Source of the DNA: Octopus sinensis
Taxonomy: Eukaryota
DNA: 64,000 nt
Assembly: GCF_006345805.1 (NCBI RefSeq)
Contig: NC_043005.1
Coordinates: forward strand, 73,408,001 to 73,472,000
Direction of reading: 5' to 3'
The translations under genes were made by a program, and so were the position numbers. Under the pieces are notes generated by a model. That model had not been told where the DNA came from. It saw only the letters and a list, made by a program, of their open reading frames with translations, and did no database searches. This document shows, one piece after another, positions 52,306 to 64,000 of the stretch; position 1 is the stretch's first letter, and every line of letters starts with the position of its first letter.

Positions 52306-52764
52306 CAGTGTACATTAAAACCACATTAAGAGGCTTCCATCATAAGAATCCTTGACTCTAGAAAAAGCAGTTAAAGTCCAATCCACTAATTAGGGATAAC
52401 TTTTCGAAGGGAATGAAAATTAAAAACGTTTACCATCTATTTCCTGGATCATTGTTTCTGACTTGTTTTAGTAAATAAAAAAATTATTATTTACCAGGCG
52501 AAATATTTACATGCTGGATTGGCCTCGTTGTTTATATATTTAATCTATGGTGTCCCTGTTGATAAAGACTTTGACTGGTAAATAATTATTTTTATTTACT
52601 AAAGTAAGTCAGAAACCATGTTCCAGGAATTAGATGGTAAATGCTTTTATTTTTCATTCCTTTCGAGAATTTATCCTTAATTAGTGGTTTGAACTTTAAC
52701 TGTTCTTTCTAGCGTAAAAGATTTCTATGTTGGAAGGGTCTTAAAGTGTTTTTAATGTGCACTG
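52306..52764. mobile_element. Fold-back Tc1/mariner-type MITE (~190-bp arms, TA TSD)
   Basis: TA|CAGTGTACATTAAAA...TTTACCAG (52306-52497) is inverted at CTGGTAAA...TTTTAATGTGCACTG|TA (52575-52764). Confidence 0.88.
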
Positions 52765-52896
52765 TATTCTATATGAATAATATATAGTCTATTGACTAAT
52801 TTTTTTTTACGCTAGGCCACTTGTAGTAAAAATTTCTAAAACTTTTATAACCCTGATATTATTAATTATGTATGTATATATATATATATATATATA

Positions 52897-52938
<42 letters not shown>

Positions 52939-53196
52939 ATACATACATACATATAATATATATATATATATACATATACATTTGCATATAAATATATGTG
53001 TATACATATACATATTTATTTATATACATATATATATGTGTATATATATATATATATAATATATATATATATATATGTATGTATATATAATTATTTATGT
53101 GCATATATTTATATATAGGTATATGAATATGTTTATAAGTATATACAGACATATATAGGCGCATATACAGATACAGATACATATATATACACACAA

Positions 53197-53231
<35 letters not shown>

Positions 53232-53811
53232 ACTTAAATACATATGTGTATACGTGTGTGTGTGCATGTGTGTGCATGTGTGTGTTTGTGTGTGCGTGCG
53301 TAAATCTATTTCTTACAGTTATTCCTTTTATTTGTCGAATTTCATTTCGAGGTTTTGTTTTGTAAAGGAAAGAAACGCCACAAGGAAAACCGGAAAAATA
53401 TAAAATATAATTGTATCTATATCATTTGTTTTCATCATTTTATATATCATCTCGATTGATTCAATGACAGGTATAAAATGAGAAATAAAAACACAACATA
53501 AATTGTGAATTATTTAACTAGGATGATTTTCGAACTAAAATTGTAACAGGCAACTTAAGAAATTATTCATGCACAAAAAATAAAAAGGCCTGGAATGAGA
53601 CTTATACAAATCCCCACAAACATACACTCACACACACACATACCCATATACACATACTTGCATACACACATACGCACACATGGGTATGTGTGTCTGTGTG
53701 TGTGTTTGCGCTGAAATACGGACGTGCATAGATCCATACATAGAAACATGAAGATACACATATATGTGCATATGTATGTATGTATGTATTTACATGTAAT
53801 TGTGTGTATGT

Positions 53812-53908
<97 letters not shown>

Positions 53909-54867
53909 TCAATAATAACAAAGAGTGAAGTTAATTAATTAAGAAGTAATCAGTAATTTCACCAAGTAGAATTCGGCATGCAAAGGACCAATTCGTGGTA
54001 AGATTAAATAATACTATATAATTAGGGTTCAGCAACGATTTGCTTCACCACACACCGAAGTTTAAAAATAGCAGTCAAAAAATCTTAGCTATTCCTTCTA
54101 CTTTAAAGGGACTTCCCAGAAAAACCAAAGCACTTGAAAAGAACTTGACCTTTCCTTCCTTCCTGTCTGTCTTCCTCTTTGCCTGTCTCTCTCCTTATTT
54201 TTCACCCCTTCTGGTTTCCTTTCCTTTCTATCTCTCTCTATCTCTCTCACTTCTCGTCATCTCTCTCACTGCCGAGTCGCTATCCAACTTCCTTTCACTC
54301 GCAGCTTTCTACAAGTCAACACGACTTTTTCTTGCGCTCTGAATTTTTCCATCGTCTAGGCTTTAAAAAAAAGCCCTCAATGTTGGTTTCATTGTCCTGT
54401 TTTTATTCTTTATGTCTACTGTATTTTTTTGTATTTGTATTTTTATTTTGTATTTGTATTTTTATTTGTATTTGTATTTTTATTTGTATTGCTTTTACGT
54501 CCTGTTCTTGTCACATTTTTTTCTTTCCTTGTTTTTACCCCTCTGCAAAGGAATTTTATTTAATTCTTTTACAGGAAGGACTGGTTCGACGGGTGGTGTT
54601 CTGTCCTTACCTTCGAAACACGCATTGAGTCGAACCAGGAAGAGCTGATGAAGGGGAATATTCCTTGTATTGTTTGTTTGTACTCTGATTTTTCGTTGTT
54701 AAAAAAAGTCCGTTTCCTTGTTTGTTTTTATGTTTTCGTTTCTCGTTGAGTTCTACGTTTATTTGTGGTGTCCTGTATATATACATGTAGATGTAGGTAC
54801 GTACATATATGTATGTATGTATACATATATTTTATTTATTAAATTATTATATGTATATATATAAACG

Positions 54868-54916
<49 letters not shown>

Positions 54917-55254
54917 ATTGGAATAGAATTTCGTTTTCGCAACTCTATTTCTCATTTCTTGAAAAAAAGTTTCAAGTTTTAAACTTCAAAGAGCACGAGT
55001 ATTTTGGCCTCAAAATTTCGGATAAATTCTTTTTTAGAAACTCAAAATAGAGAAAATTTGCCACTTACTTTGAAGGCAGTTTCGCCTACGCTTAACTTTT
55101 GATATTTTCAAAATGACATTCAGGGAAGTGATGCGTAGTCACATACAAACAGAACAGAAGGATATTCATATTAAAGATACACGGAGAAGCACTGGCATAC
55201 CACATACATACTCACAGATATTCAGTATAATGTACATGAGTGAGAATTAGGTGA

Positions 55255-55412
55255 TGGCGTGGCTGTGTGGTTAGAAGCTTGCTTTCTAACCACACTGTTC
55301 CGAGTTCAATCTCACTGCGTGGCACCTTGTGCAAGTATCTTGTACTATAGCCTCGAGTCGACCAAAGCCATGCGAGTGGATTTGGTAGACGGAAACTGAA
55401 AGAAGCCCGTCG

Positions 55413-55449
<37 letters not shown>

Positions 55450-55652
55450 ATATTTATATATGGTTGTGTGTCTGGGTTTGTCCCCCACCATCGCTTGACA
55501 ACTAATGTCGGTGTGTTTACGTCTCCGTAATTTAGTGGTTCGGCAAAAGAGACTACTAGGCGTACAAAGAATATATCCAGGGGTCGATGAGTTTGACTAA
55601 AGGCGGTGCACCAGCTTGATCGGAGTCAAATGAGTGAAGCAAGTAAAAGAAT
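55255..55652 (+). mobile_element. SINE family A
   Basis: GGCGTGGCTGTGTGGTTAG through TGAAGCAAGTAAAAGA. Confidence 0.88.
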
Positions 55653-56121
55653 ATAATTGTAACGAATAGGGAGTGGAATAATTACTTTTATTTATAGCAT
55701 AAATGCTAATAATTTCTAGGAAATATTTTATGTCATTTCACCGGATAAGACGCAATATTGACTTGAAAACATTTAATATACTTCGTAGCATATCATGGAT
55801 GCAAAACGAAATTCCGTGTCCTTGCTAGCAATTAATATGTACGAGCCAGTTGCCAGGAATGTGTTTAATATGTAAATTGGTATATCAACTTATGTTTCAC
55901 CACTAAACTTAGTGAGTAGTTAAGCAACGTAATCATGGATATTTGATGGGTTGGACGCGGTGGTAATGAAAGAGCAATAATACCTCTTTTCTCTACCATC
56001 GATTGCAGTTTATATATAAGTGCGTTCATTTACGAAACGTCGTGATTAGCGTTACTGGATCTGAATTTACACAAGTATATAGAAACTCTACAGAGATAAA
56101 GTGTCTGTGTGGGTGTGTGTA

Positions 56122-56178
<57 letters not shown>

Positions 56179-56424
56179 ATAATATTAGGGAGTAAATCCA
56201 AACTTACAGGGAAAAATTAGATTTATGATTAAATCCAATTTTACAGTATAAAAATAAAAATAATTTAAATTTTGAATTTTATATTTTATATTTTTTGTAT
56301 ATTATATTAATTTTATTTCTATGTTTTGGTTTATGTTTTTCACTGTTTGATTTGCCTAATAGTGGTTTTATCTCTAATTTAATTTATATATATATATATA
56401 TGAATGTAAATACAACTGTGTGTA

Positions 56425-56582
56425 TCATAATCAGAAGTCCCGAAATTTGGCAACTGGTACTTAGTTTATTGACCTCGAAAGTATGAAAGGCAAAGTCGAC
56501 CTCGTCGAAATTGGAACTCAGACGAAATACTCCTAAGCATTTCGCCCGGCTTGCTAGCGTTTCTGCCAGATTGCCGCCTTCT
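56425..56582 (-). mobile_element. SINE family B
   Basis: GAAAGGCAAAGTCGACCTCG...GCCAGATTGCCGCC. Confidence 0.85.
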
Positions 56583-57015
56583 ATATGTATCATAATACAA
56601 TACATTTACAAGCTTTGTTTCCATACATTCTGCGTGAAATGGGCGCCAAGAGATTTTCCTTATTAAAGACACAGAGACATGCATACACACAAAGAATGAC
56701 ATAAACGCACTAAAAAACAACACACAATAAACAAAAGTACGTAGACTCTGCGAATTTCGTTAGCTAAAAAAAACCGCAAATGATGTTTTCGGACTATGAA
56801 AATTTATGATTTATGGATGAAATTTATATTAGTAGATCAATATCTCTCTCTTTATATTCAGGAATATCAAATCATTATGCTTGTTTGTATGTATGTAAAT
56901 ATAGATAGGTAGATATCTTAATGTATATCTATGAATATATATATATATATATATAAAGTTGATACAAACATGAAAACATAGAGAAAACAACGCGAGGACG
57001 TGGAACAAGTATAGT

Positions 57016-57092
<77 letters not shown>

Positions 57093-57104
57093 GGTTGACA
57101 ATAT

Positions 57105-57640
57105 GTGGAAAAAAGTTTTTTGAAGTGGAAGAGAAATGCTTTCGTTTCATATAGTTTAATATCTTTTTATAAATTAGGTCGACTGCATATTTTAACTGTT
57201 GGTATAGTATGTATTGAGTATAATTTTGCATTTGTTAGGAGTCTCTTGAGTGATTTGTTTTGTGTTTTGCATTTTAGTAGTTTGTGTGTATATAGGATGC
57301 TGTTCGTTTCCGGCTCTTGATTGAGCAGAGGGAGATTTTGTATACTTGTGTTGTATGCTTCGTTGTTCTGGGGTTGTGGGTTGATTTGTATAGGAGTGAT
57401 TTAAGTAGAAGTGTGATGCTTTGTTTTCTTGTACTTAGTGTTTTGTGTCCAATTTCTTGGCACGTTTAACTTCATGTTCTATAAGTGCAGGTGGGTATTG
57501 AAGCAGAGATTAAAGACTTTTATATATAATGCCTTTGGATTTTAGTATTCTTCTTTCTCTTCGGAAATATCTTCCCCTGATTTTGTCTTTTATTTTTCTT
57601 TCACTTAAACCATCGGTTTCCAAAACTCTTGGAGATTTAT
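57105..57640 (-). mobile_element. Penelope-like element fragment (post-RT linker preceding GIY-YIG)
   Basis: Minus strand QYPPALIEHEVKRAK...NLPLLNQEP...KSLKRLLTNAK resembles the Y-P-x-x-L-I...R-A and N-L-K-x-x-L-x-x-A-K linker of Penelope ORFs. Frameshifted. Confidence 0.6.
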
Positions 57641-57889
57641 ATCCATCATCATCATCATCATCTTCTTCTTCTTCTTCTTCTTCTTCTTCTTCTTCTTCTT
57701 CTTCTTCTTCTTCTTCTTCTTCTTCTTCTTTTTCTTCATGTCTTCTTCCTCCTCTTCTACCTCCTCCACCTCCTCCTCCTCCTACTACTACTACTGCTAC
57801 TGTAAAACCAGCAGCAGCAGCAGTAGTAGTATTAGTAGTAGTGCTATTCAATAAAAATAATAATAATAATAATAATAATGATGATAATC

Positions 57890-58101
57890 CTTTCTAATAT
57901 AGGCTCAAAGCCTGAAGTTTGATGGAAGTGGGGGGCAAGTCGATTATATCAACCCCAGTGCGTAACTAGTACTTATTCCATCGACCCCCGAAAGGGTAAA
58001 AGGCAAAATCGACCTCGGTGGAATTGGAACTGAAAACTTAAAGACTGGCGAAACTCTCCTAAGCAATCCGCCTGTCTAACGTTTCTGTCAGCTCTCCGCC
58101 T

Positions 58102-58103
<2 letters not shown>
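57890..58103 (-). mobile_element. SINE family B with (ATT)n tail
   Basis: Reverse-complement copy flanked by (AAT)n. Confidence 0.85.
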
Positions 58104-58161
<58 letters not shown>

Positions 58162-58174
58162 TATAATAATAATA

Positions 58175-58206
<32 letters not shown>

Positions 58207-58499
58207 TAATAATAATAATAATAATATAATAATATTAATAATAATAATAGTAATAATAATAATAATAACAATTATTATTGTTATTATTATTGATATTATT
58301 CTATGTTTGACTTTTGCTTTATGTCTGTACAAGTTGGCCCCAAGTCTCACCCAGAGACCTCAAGAGACAACAGGTTGGAAGTTCACGTTGTTGTTATGCC
58401 TAGTGTGCCATATATTTGGGGTTTTTTTGGGGTGTTGTACTAGTGAATGTCTAATACATAGATTTAAAAAATAAAGTTTGTTTTAAACCTTGGGATTAT

Positions 58500-58542
<43 letters not shown>

Positions 58543-60399
58543 TTATTATTTTGTTGTTGTTGTTCTGATTATTATTATTACTATTATTATTATTATTATA
58601 TTATTGTTGTTGTTGCTGTTGCTGTTGTTGCTCTTGCTGTTGTCGTTACTATTAATTGTAGTAATGCAGTTTTTACTACTATCACAAATTATTTATGATA
58701 ATATTAGTAATACTATTACTATTATAATACTATATAAGTCGTAAAAATCAATGCAGCTATATTCTGTAAAGGCTGCGTAGGATTTTTTCTTTTTGTGCTG
58801 AAGAATTCCACTTTACAAATGTAAGAATTACAGCCTGAAGCACGTATCAATAATTTGCCGTATAATGTTTGAGATGAAGTAATATGATTATCATCGTGAT
58901 CATATGCTAAGATTCATCACAAAGATTCAAAAATTTGAAATATTCTGAACAGAGTTAGACAAAACAGAATAAAGCAGAGTCGGATGTGAAACAGCAGGAA
59001 GCTATAAAGCGCCAAATATATCCCTGTGTAATTTGTGAAACAAATCTTCTTTTGTGGTGATGAAGACCATAGCTTTAAGGATTTTGGCTTCTATACTATA
59101 TAATAACAATATCGACGAATCTGACTTGAAGTTATAATATAATGAAATTACATTCTCTATTAGGATTAATGTCCTCAAGGGGATATGAGCCAATGATCTA
59201 AGATATTGTCTAATTTCGAGAATCCAATATGCCAAAAGGGGAAAAATAAAAAGATACGTTTGCTTAATAACTGCTAACATTGATTACCTTTCAATAAAGC
59301 ATAAGGTCACGTTTCAATTCAATTGATACTGGTATAGAATTGGTATTTATGTTGTTCGATCGTGGGTGCATAGTAGTTAATGTCAAACCAGGTAGCTTTT
59401 GAAATCATAAACATGACAGAAATCAAATAATGGAAAAAGATCTTGTCTGCAGCGCTATGTTTTCAGCAACGCTGTTACAACGGTGTGTTTGCCTTATCGA
59501 TATATCATTGGTACAAAGTTCTGTGCTTAAGAAATAAAAGAAAGAAATGGTGATCTTCGAAGCTTTCTAAATGACATGAATGTAAATGACATCTGCCTGA
59601 CATCGGTAAATAGTAAAAAACAACCTGAAATCTGTTGCTCATCATCAACTTGCAGCAAATGAGCCTGTGTGCGACTGCTTGAACAGGTAGAAATAGCAGA
59701 TGAATTTGCTTGAAGTTACACCTATTCCTGATAACGTAAGGAAGAGTACTATCGGCTGTGGATTCTTTCTTTAATTACTATACGTTCCAATCTATCTTTC
59801 GTTGATAACTATATTTCTCATGTTATACTTACTGAGAGTTTTCAAGAGAGAAGATGCTCTAGAAATATAAACTCCATCATCCACTCAGCAAAAGAAGCTA
59901 GTTGCACAATAAAGCATTATAGTGATATTGGTAAGGATTACCCAACATCACTGATAACTCCTCAGAGCAGTAGTAGACTTTCAGTAAACTCGAGTCTTTG
60001 TGGCTTTGATTTCCTCACCCACAAAACAATAAGGTAATACAAAGATTTCACTCCATAACAGCTAAATAACATTGTGTACCTCTCTCTTAGACAGATGTCT
60101 GGCATGAGCTACAGATCCATCATTCCAAAAATGATCTTAACTGTGCTCTTGGTCTACATCACCTTTAAAACTGTCACCACACAAACGCCCGATGTTTCTA
60201 AATATGCATTGAAACAAAATAGGCTTCATCAGACATCTTAACAGGTTTTTTGGTTTTAATCTACTGGTTTACTATTGGTCGGTGAAGTAATGTTTACAGA
60301 ACAGCCAAAACTGGATCATCTATAACCGAATTTTAAGCACCTTCCTGAGTCATACAGACTCACAGCGTCGGTTTTCTGGTTTCTGTGGCGTATGTATTC

Positions 60400-60570
60400 T
60401 CCAACAGAAGAGAATACCAGTCTGTCGCAAGATTACTGAGTGGACTGCAGCAACGTGAAATAAAGTGTTTTGCCCAGGAACACAACGCGTTGCTCGATCC
60501 AGGAATCGAATCGAAACATCAATGTCATGACCATAAATCCAGTACCCAAACCACTGATCCATTCCATGCG
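60400..60570 (-). mobile_element. SINE family C-like head, degraded
   Basis: GCAACGTGAAATAAAGTGTTTTGCCCAGGAACACAACG...GGAATCGAA...AACCACT. Confidence 0.7.
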
Positions 60571-61074
60571 TTTTCACTATAACCGCTCTCACTATATACA
60601 AAATGGGATTTAATCAATTAAAAGAAGTTTAACTTTGCATGACATCCTCTCTCTCTCTCTCTCTCTCTTTCTTTTTCTCTCTCTCTCTCCTCTCTCTCTC
60701 TCTTAACTTTGTACACTTTGGCAGAGATTTGTGGTATGTTCAACATTTGATTTGAGATGAAAATTTTAGATAGCAGCCATCATCAAGGAAGCTACCAACA
60801 ATAAGTCAGCACGCATTTAAGTAAACGTAGCTTGTACGTAATCCTACAATGATTTTAGACAATTATTTTCTACCGTAAGTTCAGGATAATGAATCCTCTC
60901 TTAGAAGAACTTGATAGACAGAAACTGTACATACATACACATACACACACACAGCACAACACACACGCACACCACACACACACACACACACACACACACC
61001 CATTTACCACACATCACACATATTCACACATACACATGCAAACACACACACATACACACATATATACATATGTG

Positions 61075-61125
<51 letters not shown>

Positions 61126-61251
61126 ATAGATATATCTATATATATGCATATATATATATTAATCAAGGAAATTCCACCTAAGTCTGATTTTTTCCCGTTA
61201 TATAATTTGCAATGTTTTCAATTTTACAGTATTGAAATATTTATTACTGTG

Positions 61252-61295
<44 letters not shown>

Positions 61296-61354
61296 ATATA
61301 TATTATATATATATATATATGTATATAGACGCAGGAGTGGGTGTTTTCGCCCAA

Positions 61355-61675
61355 ACCATGGTGCTACTTCTCGCACCCGCCCTATTTTCCAGATTTAGTA
61401 CATGCGAACTTCCATCTCTTTTCCGAGATGAAAATACAGCTCAATGGTTGCCATTTTAACATCGTTTTTGAGATCCATAGCGAATCGCAGAAGGTCCTCG
61501 ACTCGGTTACGGAAAACGACTTCCAGGCCAGATTCCAAGATTGGCAGGAATGCTGTGACCGGTGTATTGCTGCGCAAGGTGACTATTTCGAAGGAGATTA
61601 TGCTAAAACTTAGGTAAACAAGTTATTTCTTTTTATCAAATGTAACAAGTCCTGGAATCTTTTGGTACCGCCTCG
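61355..61675 (+). mobile_element. Mariner transposase C-terminal fragment with 3' TIR
   Basis: [20 protein letters not shown] (a YSPDL-like motif)...RCIAAQGDYFEGD, stop at 61613, terminus GGTACCGCCTCG|TA. Confidence 0.88.
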
Positions 61676-62679
61676 TATACAATGGGGTTTCAGTTTCCGT
61701 TAATCAAATCCAGTCTCAAGGTTTTATTCGGCTCGGCGCTATACAAGAAGGCATCTTCACAAGGAGCCACACAGTGGGACAGAACCCGGTATCATGAGAT
61801 TGGGAAGCAAAACTCCCATGCAGCCACGCCTGGGAAACATTTACCAAACAAGGTTAAAAAAATAGTATTATAATGTAAATGTTAAATTGCAGGGGGAACT
61901 TCGTTACTCAGCATCAGAACTTTACTCATCATCAGACAGTCGAGAGTATTTTGAACGACGTATTGCTGAAAATATTCACAGCTATCTGATGATCGGTTAG
62001 GTGAAAGTATAAGTAACAGTTTGTGAAGTATTTTAGGCCTCAATGTGTGTGTGTGTGTGTGTGAGTGTGCATATGTAGGCGATTTACATACATGTATAGT
62101 CGTATGGTGTGAGTGAATGAATAAATGCGTATTCATGTGTGAGTCGAGTAAATTTATATGAGTCTCTCTTGATATTTTCTTAGATGTAATTTCACCAATT
62201 AAAAGCGGATAAATTTATGGGATTTGACAAATACAAAGTAATCAACTAAGCTATGAAGACATTATGATCAGCTTAACAATTCAAGAAGATGCGATAGCAC
62301 GACCGCGGTAACTGACATCAATAACCGAAGAAAAGTGTATGAGATTTCTTGAAACAACGTACACTTTATGAAGTATCCAACTAAAATACACAGATGTTCT
62401 ATGAAGGTCTGTCTTCCATAATAAACACCAATAATCTATACATGAAGGAAAAGATGCTGATCTGAGAAAAAACTTTGGCAGTTTAAATTAGAGATGCAAG
62501 TTTCTAGTAATCTAATATGTAGTTAAACAGATAATGGATGTTATTTGGTGTAGCATCATCAGGCGTACCTCCCAAATAAATGCCTGAGCCCATGTTTGCC
62601 AATAAACACAAGAGTAGTAATGGTTTATGTTCATAAATATACGTGATGTGAGTGAGTGTGTGGTGTGTGCACAAATGGT

Positions 62680-62715
<36 letters not shown>

Positions 62716-62810
62716 CATACATACATACATATAATATATATGTATATATATATATATGTATGTATTGTATATATATATGTATATATATATGTATATATTA
62801 TACATATATA

Positions 62811-62852
<42 letters not shown>

Positions 62853-63832
62853 CATTCGTATACATATATACCAAATATGCGCGCACACATACATATTGTA
62901 TATATATATATAATATATATATATACATATATTGCAAATTGTAATGGGGTATATTTATTAAAGGGACGAATAAGAATTAAATACCTGCTGAATTTCAATC
63001 TCCTACACAATACAAAAACCGTTTTTTAAAGAAGAGCTAACGGGTGTTTACCAGCTCGGAAATGGAGAAAACCCAATGAAAAGAAATGTGAATAAATAAC
63101 ATAAATATCGGAAAAAGATATATTTTTATCATCTTTTTGTTGCAGTTTTTGCGGTCTACCCCAGTAAAGTTTATTGCAGATGGTAGGAAAGTTACAACAA
63201 AACATTTTCATATTACAGATTTTTCCCGAACCAGGGTTAATCACCTTGGTCAACACACCCTATATTAAACAAATATTGAATTTACCTGAATAATGAAATG
63301 AAATACTAGTACTTGTATATTAGTATAAATAGTAATACAAGTTTATTAGCACTGCACTGTGCAAGGTACCAGGAAACTAGTCGGAGGGGGAGGCGGAAAT
63401 TTGAAGTTCAAGTTGGTTAGATGTGTGTGTGTGTTTTCTGCATGATGGCGGTAGTAAAAAAAAGTGGTTTGGCTGAAACGCCTAAAATACTGGGAGACGG
63501 ACATTTTTGTATGTGTCCATAGTCACAACAACTTGGAGGAATGTTTGACGAAAGAAGGATGACAGGGGGCGATTTCAGTCGTGGTTATATACATCTATTC
63601 TGAGTGACCATTATTACATGGAAGGAACGAAGTTAGACATCAGAATATTTGAGGCTTTGGATATGGTAAACAATCTTAGATTTTATATTATCTTACTCTG
63701 TACTGGGGAATTTTTCTTTGTGCGAATCTGTATGATTATAAGATTTGATTAATTTTACGCAATGTAAATCCTATTCTGTGAGTTTATTACTATTTTCTTT
63801 AGTCCTTCGGACGTCCTGGCTTTCCTGAGTTG

Positions 63833-64000
63833 GCGTAGGAGTATCTGTGTGGTAAGTAGCTTGCTTACCAACCATATGTTTCCGGGTTCATTCCCATGGC
63901 GTGGCAACTTGGGTAAGTGTCTTCTACTATAGCCTCGGGTTGACAAAAGCCTTTTGAGTGGATCTGGTAGACGGATACTGAAAGAATCCCGTCGTATATA
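63833..64000 (+). mobile_element. SINE family A, 5' part (runs off the window)
   Basis: GGCGTAGGAGTATCTGTGTGGTAAGTAGCTTGC...GAATCCCGTCGTATATA. Confidence 0.88.

Noticed and set aside
60185-60240. Minus-strand CTGATGAAGCC...GAAAC hammerhead-like spacing
   Set aside because: Helix II is not closed, and helices III and I cannot form after GAAAC.
61980-62020. CTGATGA-TCGGTTAGGT-GAAA on the plus strand
   Set aside because: No 10.1-11.1 pair, and no helix III or helix I complement. At most a decayed relic.

Overview
Repeat-saturated, AT-rich eukaryotic non-coding DNA. The microsatellite load and the tRNA-headed SINE families point to a cephalopod, probably an octopus (inference; no database check). 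I found no supportable host protein-coding exon, and nearly all listed ORFs are microsatellite read-through. Recognisable content: four SINE families (my labels A-D); decayed R4/Dong-clade (RLE) LINEs sitting in (AAT)n tracts; a CR1/L2-type LINE; Penelope-like fragments; mariner and Tigger/pogo fragments; several MITEs; a non-autonomous Helitron; a 5'-truncated tRNA-Glu fused to a SINE; and two local tandem duplications. The top signal is a canonical, full-architecture type I hammerhead ribozyme at 9350-9428 (+). It is immediately preceded by a ~40-nt antisense arm that can sequester its cleavage strand. A second, minimal hammerhead with a swapped G3-C8 core pair and a palindromic helix III lies at 5719-5769 (+). 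All folds were assigned by eye and none is experimentally tested.
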